Origin: Candidatus Altarchaeum sp.
GTDB lineage: Archaea; Altiarchaeota; Altiarchaeia; Altiarchaeales; Altiarchaeaceae
DNA length: 45,195 bases
NCBI GenBank assembly: GCA_018260615.1
Contig: JAGWDQ010000087.1
Span: forward strand, 1-45,195
Direction of reading: 5' to 3'
Every line of letters begins with the position of its first letter. Position 1 is the first letter of the stretch. Made by a program: the position numbers and the translations under genes. Positions 37,501 through 45,179 of this stretch are shown here, one piece after another. The notes below the pieces were generated by a model that did no database searches, had not been told where the DNA came from, and saw only the letters and a list, made by a program, of their open reading frames with translations.

Positions 37501-37935
37501 GCATTCCACCCATTGACTGACGGGGGAGCAATGTCGCACGTCTGGCTCGGAGAACAAAATCCGGATCCCGAAGGAATTTTATCCCTGACAAAAAAGATTG
37601 CCACAAAAACAGCAATCCAGTATATGGCTTTCACAAAGGATTTAACCGTTTGCAGTAACTGTAATTTTGTAACCGGGGGTTTGCACGATAAATGTTCAAG
37701 TTGTAATTCCGAAAATGTTGAATGGTGGAGCAGGATTACCGGCTATTATCAGAACATCAAGGGCTGGAATAAAGGAAAGCTTAAAGAACTTCAGGACAGG
37801 AGAAGATACGGATTTGAAAATAATGATAAAATTACTGCGAAGGAAATTTCCTTCACGATGAAAGAAGGCGATTATGAGGCAAAATTTGAAAAACTGAAGG
37901 AAAAATTAAAATACGATACCTCGTTGGACTTTTAA
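31528..37935 (+). CDS. nrdD: Anaerobic (class III) ribonucleoside-triphosphate reductase with two ATP-cone domains and three inteins; spliced product about 800 aa
   Basis: ATP cones (VRKSDKMEKF; VRTSLSTFEDFD), AHMNGEIHIHDL, RGGQ, FNFPK, ARTPAES, YYTNSFH, Zn ribbon CSNC..CSSC, glycyl-radical motif RITGY. Confidence 0.95.
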   Translation: MTRQVFVRKSDKMEKFNDDKIINSLLNVGLQASLAVSIATEIFEEIKNNVSDHEIEISSKEIRAKVYEKLKDTDNNLADKYLKGNTTKVRTSLSTFEDFDANKITRSLIEETDIDEKIAERISKNVKKQMGKLNPEFVTAPLIREMVCVELLKGGFENERKLYTRLGMPVYDVTFLIEHGSKENANLQFNPESLPYDEKVLVGINGKIRSEKIGKIVEDVISKYENKKTISQNGRSEIVETDAGISVFSFDENFKVREFPVKAFIKNKPDEIFEVKFSHGKSVRITKNHNLFFLINGSVTSVPLSEFKISDKILVPRKIERAKIQKFINGYENLVKSEFINDKEILLFGRPIDRFIEKNNTNPIKKFGKNCLTLKTLKELKFEPEEEEIKDLSCITHNSFKTTPPLRVYYEMNEDLGAWFGLMLSEGHFGTTLFFSNKDKSLHEKFKRCTKSVFKGMSLRESKKNKGCYNTILGSTATAKIIPAIFDVIDGNEKKIPDYMFNAPLSFIKEFIKAYHEGDGEKGRMRITTTNEDIKGILTYFFLVLGEVVGSCEREFKNPKWKKAYDIEIANGKSSLDVSKSLGIPINKYEKKSKGYEYMCGDIVKQTVELIENQTNQVNTDIYKFRNISNIITENILRRFIEKANIILKNNRTFVLLEMFGESEIKRQDVSKISGLNGTAAKEYLKRLCERGMAIEKENYFSKIKFETHAIKKFKKIKENLALLEKILNSDIALVSIKSIKKAGFEPTYDMSIDSETENFIAGNGCVFVHNTIHKLMADQISKEYSLIKVLPLDLADAHMNGEIHIHDLDYFALRPFCFSHDIRFFLKHGLKVDGVGNHTAVAGPSKKPDVAFLHAAKVLASAQVNCAGGQGFSYFNTFLAPYVSGLPYEKVKQLAQMFIYEMSMMYVARGGQSIHYDDFIWIKKDEKLKSVKIGEFVDKVLESGNPVKNDGMEILRLKDDTKTVSLDLKTMKFKEFNITAVSRHKPKKDILYKIKTKSGKSVRVTDFHSIYTVKDGIIKKVKASELKEGDFVITPNGFDLKEEISEIDLIKELKKNAPEEILKNIYVKDKDIKIPFTEFSGSSNGKYIGFGNSKSATRSLEMPAIIHLDDDILTLLGLFIGDGSFKDFSSKNVYIFLSIPESEGLDSFISKAVNKLGYNNLKRIDTVNLSFGSMILKVVFQYVLNTGRTSEERSVPPIIFSLSKKQIMAFLKGLYSSDGWASKSNKNTVRIGYDTINEKLAHDLSFLLSEIGIIPDVHLKDRTNKNIIIKGRSVRKVQLIYDLQINSYEQKRIFAKSIGFLQKEKQNLVNEILTNEKLGKISKQHHTRRLPKDLIYAAFRDLNIWVPESIRTSENLYAWNVERELTKIPHNTPASVKFVEDLIESHIGLDEIVSIERTKASEYVYDLEVNPNGEHIENFLGGFGSILVSNTVFSSIDCDMEVSEQFKNIPAVLPGGIVKENTTYGDFEDEVKTLFNAFIDVYLQGDWTDKAFNFPKFEVQIYPKKIDKNEDMLLKVSQLAAKFGTPYYIINQPYMPLYACYQSLPYDEKVWIIKGEELHLVRIGEYVNGLMDKEMKEKGHIEIGRGFEGEVEIAESQDYVISFNPKTLKIEKKKIGKVMRHPKREMIYRFHLTFRRSITVTAKHKLLIERNGKIIEERAENIKFGDRLTGIRNMGGAIKDMNLTIVEEENKNTDVRYHEVGASWYTNMEGSNVTLKPERDETVSLYRTLDRFGYDFAFSNLSVYEVRTIEQVIGSPYVYDFADVEDYHNFVNIYGIFSSNCCSFLMPLTDANTEDDVRDGTIRGGGLQVVTINLPQIAYESNRSEEKFNEILKDRMEKAKKVHLLKREIIKKNQNLGMLPFMSQIVNEKGDKYLEVDRQSFIMGLVGMNECVKFMTDCELHEDAGWKFGLKIMNAMKGIVADIRKETGLTFSLARTPAESCSYRLAQIDSRRFQDKFIANGNGKDAYYTNSFHVRPSANIPLWKRLSVEGAFHPLTDGGAMSHVWLGEQNPDPEGILSLTKKIATKTAIQYMAFTKDLTVCSNCNFVTGGLHDKCSSCNSENVEWWSRITGYYQNIKGWNKGKLKELQDRRRYGFENNDKITAKEISFTMKEGDYEAKFEKLKEKLKYDTSLDF
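32104..33840 (+). mobile_element. Intein 1 in NrdD (579 aa) with LAGLIDADG homing endonuclease
   Basis: NPE|SLPYDEKV...FVHN|TIHK; block B ITKNH; WFGLMLSEG and FIKAYHEGDG. Confidence 0.9.
34267..35820 (+). mobile_element. Intein 2 in NrdD (518 aa) with LAGLIDADG homing endonuclease
   Basis: RGGQ|SIHYDDFI...ILVSN|TVFS; block B VTDFH; LLGLFIGDG and FLKGLYSSDG. Confidence 0.9.
36157..36870 (+). mobile_element. Intein 3 in NrdD (238-aa mini-intein, no endonuclease)
   Basis: CYQ|SLPYDEKV...IFSSN|CCSF; block B VTAKH; block F YVYDF. Confidence 0.88.
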
Positions 37936-37946
37936 ATTTAAGAAAA

Positions 37947-38219
37947 ATGTCAAAAATTACATTGTATACTGCAACAACTTGTATTAAATGTCCTGCTGCA
38001 AAGAAAATACTCGGAGAAGTTGTAAGGGAATTAGACCTAAGAGAAGGTTACGACTACGAAATTAAGAATATTGATGAAGGCGACAACATTTATGAAGCAC
38101 TGCAAAAACAGGTTGCGGCAACACCGTCTATATTAATTGATGATGAATTGTTCTATAACGGAGAGGTTCCAAAAAAAGAAGAAATATTAAAAATTTTAAA
38201 GGAAAAATTTAAAAAATAA
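37947..38219 (+). CDS. Glutaredoxin/thioredoxin-like redoxin (NrdH-like)
   Basis: CIKC active site in TLYTATTCIKCP; cis-Pro motif ATPSILID; 11 bp after nrdD. Confidence 0.85.
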   Translation: MSKITLYTATTCIKCPAAKKILGEVVRELDLREGYDYEIKNIDEGDNIYEALQKQVAATPSILIDDELFYNGEVPKKEEILKILKEKFKK

Positions 38220-38251
38220 AATTTTAAATTTCACCACCTTTACTCATCCAC

Positions 38252-38286
38252 AATCATAATCCCAATTCTCTTCTCCGTAAAAATTT
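38252..38286 (-). repeat. Diverged copy of the argB 3' end (38324-38358), 72 bp downstream of the original
   Basis: 31/35 identical; the copy translates IFTEKRIGIMIVDE* versus argB IFTEKGSGTMIIL. Confidence 0.75.
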
Positions 38287-38290
38287 AATT

Positions 38291-39118
38291 TCAAAGGTTT
38301 ACTTTTTTCTCTTTTCGCAGTATAATCATAGTCCCGCTTCCCTTCTCCGTAAAAATTTCATTAATTAAGGACTCTTCATAAGCACAAACAATATGCGCAC
38401 TTTCCACGCCTTTTTGTATGGCTTCCTTGCACGCTCTTATCTTTGGAATCATACCTTCCGTTATTGTTCCGTCCGCAATCAGTTCATCGCACTGCGTTAA
38501 GGTCAGTTTATTCATTAAATTTCCATTTTTATCAAGCACACCTTTTGCAGATGTCAAAACAATAAATTTTTTTGCATTCAGTTTCTGTGCAATTTCAGTT
38601 GCCGCAAAGTCGGCATTGATATTGAGGGGGGTTAAATTTTTAATATCAATTCCTATGGGGTTAATTACCGGCAAATATCCTTCATCTGTTAAATTTTTAA
38701 GCACACCGAGCTTAACATCCTCAACCTCTCCGACAAATCCCAGATTTTCCTTTCTTCTTGCATAGATTATTCCGCCGATGCCTACCGCCTTGACACCTAT
38801 TTCATTAAATTTTTCAACAATGTCTTTGTTTATTGCCAGCAAACCGCCGATTACAACATACAGGGACTTTTCATCGGTAATTCTCTCCCCGTTATAAAAA
38901 TTTACCTTTAAATTTAACGATTTCATCGTGCCTGAAATAAGCGGTCCTCCCCCATGAATTAAGACAACATTTATTCCGACATCCATCAGATATTTTAAAT
39001 TTTTTCCCACTGAAATAATTGCATCTTTATTGTTCAGCGTTGAACCGCCAAATTTTACCACGAATGTTTCGCCTTTAAATTTTTTGACATAATTCAGACC
39101 TTCGGATATTTCCATCAT
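38291..39118 (-). CDS. argB: Acetylglutamate kinase
   Basis: FVVKFGGS, VLIHGGGP, GERITD, NINADFAA, EGMIPKI, EIFTEKGSGTMI; start moved to the ATG at 39118 (MMEIS). Confidence 0.95.
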   Translation of the reverse strand: MMEISEGLNYVKKFKGETFVVKFGGSTLNNKDAIISVGKNLKYLMDVGINVVLIHGGGPLISGTMKSLNLKVNFYNGERITDEKSLYVVIGGLLAINKDIVEKFNEIGVKAVGIGGIIYARRKENLGFVGEVEDVKLGVLKNLTDEGYLPVINPIGIDIKNLTPLNINADFAATEIAQKLNAKKFIVLTSAKGVLDKNGNLMNKLTLTQCDELIADGTITEGMIPKIRACKEAIQKGVESAHIVCAYEESLINEIFTEKGSGTMIILRKEKKVNL

Positions 39119-39170
39119 TAAAACATAGTTAATAGGATGTATTTTGTAACTATTCAGAGGGTACAAAAAT

Positions 39171-39340
39171 TACTGAAAATCTGCAAGATTTTCAGTATTT
39201 CAAATCTGTGCGATTTGAAAATAATTTTTGAAATCGTTTCACTCTCACATTTTCAAAACTCTGCGTTTTGAAAATCGTTTGAAAAATGAGTGTAAAAAAT
39301 CAAAAATTTACCTCTAATTTTAAAAACTTGAAGTTTTTAG
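39171..39340. repeat. Modular palindromic element upstream of argB
   Basis: TACTGAAAATCT-gca-AGATTTTCAGTA, TTTCAAATC-tgtgc-GATTTGAAA, ATTTTCAAAAC-tctgc-GTTTTGAAAAT, TAAAAACT-tga-AGTTTTTA. Confidence 0.85.
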
Positions 39341-39527
39341 ATTTTTTGAGTGGCTGAATAGTTACTTTCGTTGTTTGTTTTTACCCTCACATTCAAACTC
39401 CGGCTCACATTCATCAAAAATCCAGTATGTTACGGGTTAAAATTTTATGTGCCAAAACTTTTCCGAATTTTAAATTATGTTTTGATATTTAAATTATTCA
39501 AAGTCCCAACCTTGCTTATTCCTTTGC

Positions 39528-42500
39528 TTAGTCCCTTAATTTAAAAATCTCCCTTAATTTTTCATTTGAAAAGTCGGTAATTGCCGATTCCCCTGCACTT
39601 AATATTTTTTCGGAGAGTTCCTTCTTGCTTTCAATCATTTCATCAATTTTTTCTTCAAGAGTACCTTTTGCTATGAATTTATGAACAAAAACATTCTTTG
39701 ACTGCCCGATTCTGAATGCCCTGTCAGTTGCCTGTGTTTCAACGGCAGGATTCCACCATCTGTCAAAATGAAATACATGATTTGCTTTCGTTAAATTTAA
39801 TCCGAATCCGCCTGCTTTTATAGACAAAATAAAGAGCGGGGAATCGCTGCAATTCTGAAATTTATCAACCATCATATCTCTTTTATTCCTTGAAACGCCA
39901 CCATGCAAAAAGAAAATTTCCCTTCCGTACAATGACTCAAAGTAATTCTTTAAAATTTCGCCCATCTCACTATATTGTGTAAATATCAAAGCTTTCTCTT
40001 TGCTTTCTATGACTTCTTCAGCCATTTCTTTCAGACGGGACAATTTTCCCGACCTGTCATCGGTCCTGCTGTTGTCGTGCAAAAACAACGCCGGATGATT
40101 GCATATCTGCTTCAGCTTTGTTAATGCAGAAAGAATCATTCCTCTTCGCTTAATTCCTTCGGATTCTTCAATTACCTGCATCATATCCTCAACAACTGCT
40201 TTGTAAAGAGTTACCTGTTCTTTTGTAAGAGTACAGTACATTTTCATCTCCATCTTTTCCGGAAGATCGCTGATAATGCTTTTGTCCGTCTTAAGTCGTC
40301 TCATTATAAACGGAGAAACCAGTTTTCTCAGTTTCTCAGATGCATCTTCATTTCTGTATCTTTCAATCGGAATTGAAAAATTTTCCTTAAATTTGCTGAG
40401 CTCGGAAAGATAAGAAGGATTTAGAAAATCCATGATGCTCCATAATTCTGTCAGCCGGTTTTCAATTGGAGTTCCTGTTAACGCAATTTTGTAATTTGAC
40501 TTCAGACCTTTTATTGCCCTTGCCTGCTTTGTTTCCGGATTTTTAATGTTCTGTGCCTCGTCTAAAATTATTCCGTTCCATTTGACTTTGTCAAAAATTT
40601 CTCCGTCTCTGACTGCCAAAGAGTATGTTGTTACAACGACATCATATCCCTTACTTTCCTTTAAAAATTTCCTGGTTTCAAGTCGTCCGGAGCCGTGATG
40701 AACCATAATCCTTAAATCCGGAGAAAATTTCTCAAATTCATGCTTCCAGTTTCCAACAACAGACATCGGAGCAACAAGTAAAACAGGAGTATTTTTTTCG
40801 GCGTTATTATTTTCTTTTTCATGAAGCAGGAATGCTATAACTTCTATTGTTTTTCCCAGTCCCATGTCATCTGCCAGACATGCTCCGAATCCGAAATTTT
40901 TAAGAAAATTTAGCCATGAAAAGCCCTTAATCTGATAATTCCTGAGCACTCCGTTAAATGATTCCGGGGTTTTAATTTCCTGATATGTTTCTGTGGAAAT
41001 AAAATTTTTAACCCATTTCTTTGCATTAAATTTTAATACGGGAATCCCGATATCTTCAATTCCGGCATTTAGCCGCATGGCAAGTGATAAATCCATGCCG
41101 TCATTTTCAACACCGGATAAAAATTTTAATGCCTTTTCAACATCCTCTTTTTTAAATTCAACCCATTTTCCCCTCACATTTATTAAGGGAATTTTTAGTT
41201 TTGCAAGTCCTTCAAGTTCCGTCTTACTTAAAGACATATCACCAATGGCAATTTCCCATTTGAAATCCAGAATGTCATCCAGTCCGAAAAATTTTACCGT
41301 TTTGTTGTCGGACTTTGGAGATGCAGTTATATTAACTCCCAACTGAGCTGCTGCTTTATCTCTTTTCCACCATGACGGAACGAGAATCCCGTATCCGCAT
41401 TCCTCCAGTAACCACGCATCTTCCTTTAAAAATTTATACGCCTCAGGTAAATTTAAGCTGCATTCACTTGGAGACCTTTCCCTTAAACCTCTGTTTACGG
41501 GACTAAAATGTCTTGATGCCGCTGCCAGATCCCTGAGGAGATATTCTTCTGCGTTAAATTTCTTATGTATAATTTTTGAAATTGATTTAATATTATGCAT
41601 CATTATGTCTCTTGCAGACAGAAGCAAACTCGGGTCTTCTGTGTTTTGTAAATGGAAGGAAATTTTCCATTCATTGTCCAAAGGTTCTTCCAGGCGAAAG
41701 CATGTCCTGAACGGCGAATGTGCTGTTGAATCTGATTTTGTTTCTTCAAATATCGCAGTCCATTTTTCAAATCCGTCAGTCAGTGTATTTTGCTGGTAGG
41801 TTGTTCCTTTAATTTTATTGTCGTCTGAAAGCAGTGATGAAAGCAGCATTCCCATTAAATTTTCCCCGATTTTTGCCTTCCATGTTTCTGATTTGATTTT
41901 ATCCCTAAACCACGCTCTTATGGACTCATCGGCGCAGGTATTTAAAAAGTCCTCAAGTATTTTATCAGGAGAAATTTTATTGCCGTAAGAGAAACATGCA
42001 TAAGGTATTGAATTGATGAGAATTTTATACCTTTTGGCATCATCTGTGTAATTAAAAATCATTCTCCATTTTGCGGTCTTATTGCGGGCAACGAAAGGAA
42101 TAAACCGCTGTCTCGCTATTAATTCAAGACAAAATTTTGCCGATGTGCTCCAGAAACTGATGTCATTGCCCATACATTTTTCGTTGGTTGAAATTTGGGA
42201 AAGGAGAAAAAGTGCATCGCCTGCAGAAATTTCTATTCCGGGAACATTCCATTGTGCCAGATGAATTTCATCGGAAGGTGATGATAATGATGTTGAGAGT
42301 AAAGGTAAATTTTTTGATGTGGGAAGATAAAGCAAAAGGGATCTTTCGGAACATACTTTTTTGAAATTAAAAAACGACATGAGAAAATTTAAAATTTCGT
42401 TTGTGCCTGAAGCAAAAGGATGAATTTTTTTATTTTTGATTTTTGATTTTTCAACTGGTTTGAATGCTTCTCCCCATATAAAAAATTTTTTATTTTCGGT

Positions 42501-43454
42501 CTGCCAGACGCCATGAAGAATTATATTGCCATGTTGAACATCATATTCATTATTATTTTCACTTTTGCCCTCTTTTTGTTCTTTTTCATAGGACTGCTTT
42601 ATCGCATTCTCGCTTATAAATTTATAAATTTTTTCCATTTCTTCAAAGAAGTTGTCGCAGGCCAGAAATTGCGGATTTCCCAATCGTTTAAGAAGCGGCA
42701 TTGAAACAACGGGTAAATTTACTGATATGGAAATTTTCTCAAATTCGTTATCTTTAATCCAGAATTGAGCAATATTGCTCTTACTTAAAATTTCTTCGTT
42801 GCTTTCGGCGATTTTTTGTTTTGTTTTCTCTTTTTCATGTGTTTTTTCTTCGGTTCCCCTGATTTTGCGAAGTTCTTCCATAATTTCATTTTCATCCATG
42901 CCCCTTAGCTTAAAGAGCATAAACGGATTCCTGTCAAATTCCTCTGCCAGAATATAATGAACTGCGGCTATATGTTTACACGGAACCGCAGAATCCGGGC
43001 ACGAGCAATTCATTTCAATGTCATTTCCCTTTTTTGGAAATAATGAAACACCTGCCGCATCAAATGCCTTTTCTATGTCTTCGGGCATTTCCCTATTTAG
43101 CAGTTTTGCAGTAAATATCGCCTGTTTTCCCATTTCACCAATAATCTTTTTCCATTCATTGTTCTCAAATTCCTTAATTTCAATTTTTACGGAATACGGT
43201 TTACTTGCAGAGCCCTGAACTTTTGCACTGATAATTCCTTTCTCAATCTTAAAATTCATAACCTGCCCCCGCCTTGCATATTTCCTTCCTCTTTCAAGCC
43301 GGTTATCCCATCCGAATGACTCAAGCAAAGAAATCCATTTCTTTGACCACCATGTTGAGGCGATGTTTTTTGACTGCAGTTTTATTCCGTCCTTAACTTC
43401 CTTTGGTTTTGTAGGTGCGTAATAATTGCCGTAGTTATAATCCCAATAACTCAT
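39528..43454 (-). CDS. SWIM zinc-finger domain fused to a SNF2-family (DUF3670-type) helicase
   Basis: RLERGRKYARRG and CSCPDSAVPCKHIAAV (SWIM); LRNYQ, ADDMGLGKT, LDEAQNIKN, ALTGTPIENRL, MRRLK, LIFTQY, KAGGFGLNLT, RWWNPAVETQATDRAFRIGQ. Confidence 0.92.
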   Translation of the reverse strand: MSYWDYNYGNYYAPTKPKEVKDGIKLQSKNIASTWWSKKWISLLESFGWDNRLERGRKYARRGQVMNFKIEKGIISAKVQGSASKPYSVKIEIKEFENNEWKKIIGEMGKQAIFTAKLLNREMPEDIEKAFDAAGVSLFPKKGNDIEMNCSCPDSAVPCKHIAAVHYILAEEFDRNPFMLFKLRGMDENEIMEELRKIRGTEEKTHEKEKTKQKIAESNEEILSKSNIAQFWIKDNEFEKISISVNLPVVSMPLLKRLGNPQFLACDNFFEEMEKIYKFISENAIKQSYEKEQKEGKSENNNEYDVQHGNIILHGVWQTENKKFFIWGEAFKPVEKSKIKNKKIHPFASGTNEILNFLMSFFNFKKVCSERSLLLYLPTSKNLPLLSTSLSSPSDEIHLAQWNVPGIEISAGDALFLLSQISTNEKCMGNDISFWSTSAKFCLELIARQRFIPFVARNKTAKWRMIFNYTDDAKRYKILINSIPYACFSYGNKISPDKILEDFLNTCADESIRAWFRDKIKSETWKAKIGENLMGMLLSSLLSDDNKIKGTTYQQNTLTDGFEKWTAIFEETKSDSTAHSPFRTCFRLEEPLDNEWKISFHLQNTEDPSLLLSARDIMMHNIKSISKIIHKKFNAEEYLLRDLAAASRHFSPVNRGLRERSPSECSLNLPEAYKFLKEDAWLLEECGYGILVPSWWKRDKAAAQLGVNITASPKSDNKTVKFFGLDDILDFKWEIAIGDMSLSKTELEGLAKLKIPLINVRGKWVEFKKEDVEKALKFLSGVENDGMDLSLAMRLNAGIEDIGIPVLKFNAKKWVKNFISTETYQEIKTPESFNGVLRNYQIKGFSWLNFLKNFGFGACLADDMGLGKTIEVIAFLLHEKENNNAEKNTPVLLVAPMSVVGNWKHEFEKFSPDLRIMVHHGSGRLETRKFLKESKGYDVVVTTYSLAVRDGEIFDKVKWNGIILDEAQNIKNPETKQARAIKGLKSNYKIALTGTPIENRLTELWSIMDFLNPSYLSELSKFKENFSIPIERYRNEDASEKLRKLVSPFIMRRLKTDKSIISDLPEKMEMKMYCTLTKEQVTLYKAVVEDMMQVIEESEGIKRRGMILSALTKLKQICNHPALFLHDNSRTDDRSGKLSRLKEMAEEVIESKEKALIFTQYSEMGEILKNYFESLYGREIFFLHGGVSRNKRDMMVDKFQNCSDSPLFILSIKAGGFGLNLTKANHVFHFDRWWNPAVETQATDRAFRIGQSKNVFVHKFIAKGTLEEKIDEMIESKKELSEKILSAGESAITDFSNEKLREIFKLRD

Positions 43455-43508
43455 TTTAACAGATTATTTTAAAAATTTAAATCAAATTCAATCATTCAAT
43501 ATTTAAAT

Positions 43509-45179
43509 TTATCCTTCAATAACAATCTTATGAATTAAAGCAAAAACATCCATTAAATCAATTTCGTTATTGTTTGAGATTCTTGCAGTGCATCCTTCAC
43601 CGGAAATATATTTTCCGGAAGATAGATGTTCAAGTGCTGCTACAGCATCAAAAATATCAATTGCAGTATTATTATCAAAATCAAATTCAGTGCAGCATTC
43701 ATTAGTTATGTTCTTATTATTATCATCACAATCCCCGGGAGTCAATGTCCAATTTCCGGATGGTTTATTACAGTTTGTTTGGTTTGTTGTACCTCCATAA
43801 GTATCATTATCGTTATCAACATACCATTTTGTATTTGGATTAATTAAAGCATTATTATCATCACAGTCAGTTCCACCGCAAATTGAAGAATTGACATAGT
43901 AATCATTATCCGCATCGCAATTAATTCCATTACATCTGTACCTGCAACCTTTTTCAATTCCACTATCATTCCATCCGTTTGAATTATTGCATGTATTGTT
44001 ATATCCATAAGTTGATTGCCAGTTTGTTGAATTAAAATTTAATTGTATATTTCCACAAATAGTATTGCTGTTTACTGTTGAATTTGAATTCTCCGAGTAA
44101 ATTCCGATGGTGTTGTTGAATAAGGTATTATTCACCAAAATATTTTTTGAAGACGAATTTAAATAAATCCCGTATTTGTTGTTTTCTATGTTGTTTTTCT
44201 CTATTATGCCCATTAGAACAGCAGATGACAAATTCTGATTGTAATAATACGAGCCCTGCGTTTTAATTTTGTAGCCAACAGTAACTTCAAAATTTTCCTC
44301 TTTTGCGTAAAGCCCTGAGAACATATCGTAGCTGTGGTTAGCCCAGTTCATTTCATTGAAATTCCATTCTATGGTGCCGTTTTGATATAGTATAATCTGG
44401 AAATTTATCTGATAATCAGTTGATTCATAATCGGTAGCAGTTGAGCCCAGCAATTCTATAACGATCTTATCATCCATGCTGCAGATTGCTAAATACTGTG
44501 TTTCTGAATCGTAGATGGTCTGTAAATTATCATTTGAGGCAAATATTACATCCATATTGCTTCTGTAATTTCCATCGGCATGTGTTGAACCATAATCATT
44601 ACAATCGTAACAACCTTCCCCTGCTTCAAGTAATTCAATGAAACCGTTTGTGCTTGCACTGATTTTTGTGATATTTCTCCCGAAATAATTGAATGTCCGG
44701 TTTAAGACATACTCTGTATTATTATCATCACCTTGAATGTAATTCGCCGCATTGCTCATGTTGCAGGAATACCATTCATAACTCCTGTTTTTCGCGTTAT
44801 CAGTCATGCCTCCGCCTGAATTATCAACATGTACTCCATAAGTTGATTCGGATATTGTGTTGTTGTATATACGGTTGCCCCCGTCAGAGCGGTCAACATA
44901 TACTCCTGATATTAAGTTACCTCGTATTGTGTTTCCTGATAAGATATTTTGTGTTGAGAACGCTAAATATATCCCGTCGCCATAACTGCTGTTGAGTATA
45001 GTGTTGTTGGTTAGATTGTTGCCTGAAGAATATCGCAAATAAATTCCATCATCGCTGTTTGAAACCAGCGTATTATTATCTATGATATTGTTTGATGAGG
45101 AATCAAGGTAAACTCCATTAACATTTGAATACAAACTGTTGTAACTTCTCAATAACTTGTGGAAAGATGATAAAACCAA
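43509..45179 (-). CDS. C-terminal part of a beta-helix surface protein with DCDD (MopE-like) metal-binding repeats and a dockerin-like C-terminus; 5' end disrupted or outside the window
   Basis: GIYLxxSSxNxIxNN repeats; DADND..TDCDDNNALINP and GDCDDNN; DFDNNTAIDIFDAVAAL; no signal peptide and an in-frame TAG immediately before the track start. Confidence 0.7.
   Translation of the reverse strand: MVLSSFHKLLRSYNSLYSNVNGVYLDSSSNNIIDNNTLVSNSDDGIYLRYSSGNNLTNNTILNSSYGDGIYLAFSTQNILSGNTIRGNLISGVYVDRSDGGNRIYNNTISESTYGVHVDNSGGGMTDNAKNRSYEWYSCNMSNAANYIQGDDNNTEYVLNRTFNYFGRNITKISASTNGFIELLEAGEGCYDCNDYGSTHADGNYRSNMDVIFASNDNLQTIYDSETQYLAICSMDDKIVIELLGSTATDYESTDYQINFQIILYQNGTIEWNFNEMNWANHSYDMFSGLYAKEENFEVTVGYKIKTQGSYYYNQNLSSAVLMGIIEKNNIENNKYGIYLNSSSKNILVNNTLFNNTIGIYSENSNSTVNSNTICGNIQLNFNSTNWQSTYGYNNTCNNSNGWNDSGIEKGCRYRCNGINCDADNDYYVNSSICGGTDCDDNNALINPNTKWYVDNDNDTYGGTTNQTNCNKPSGNWTLTPGDCDDNNKNITNECCTEFDFDNNTAIDIFDAVAALEHLSSGKYISGEGCTARISNNNEIDLMDVFALIHKIVIEG

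Noticed and set aside
981-44995. Numerous short antisense or nested ORFs in the track (e.g. 1865-2284, 7979-8368, 26350-26778, 35391-35906, 40993-41346)
   Set aside because: They lie opposite well-supported genes or within repeats, have no motifs, and show the composition expected of shadow ORFs.
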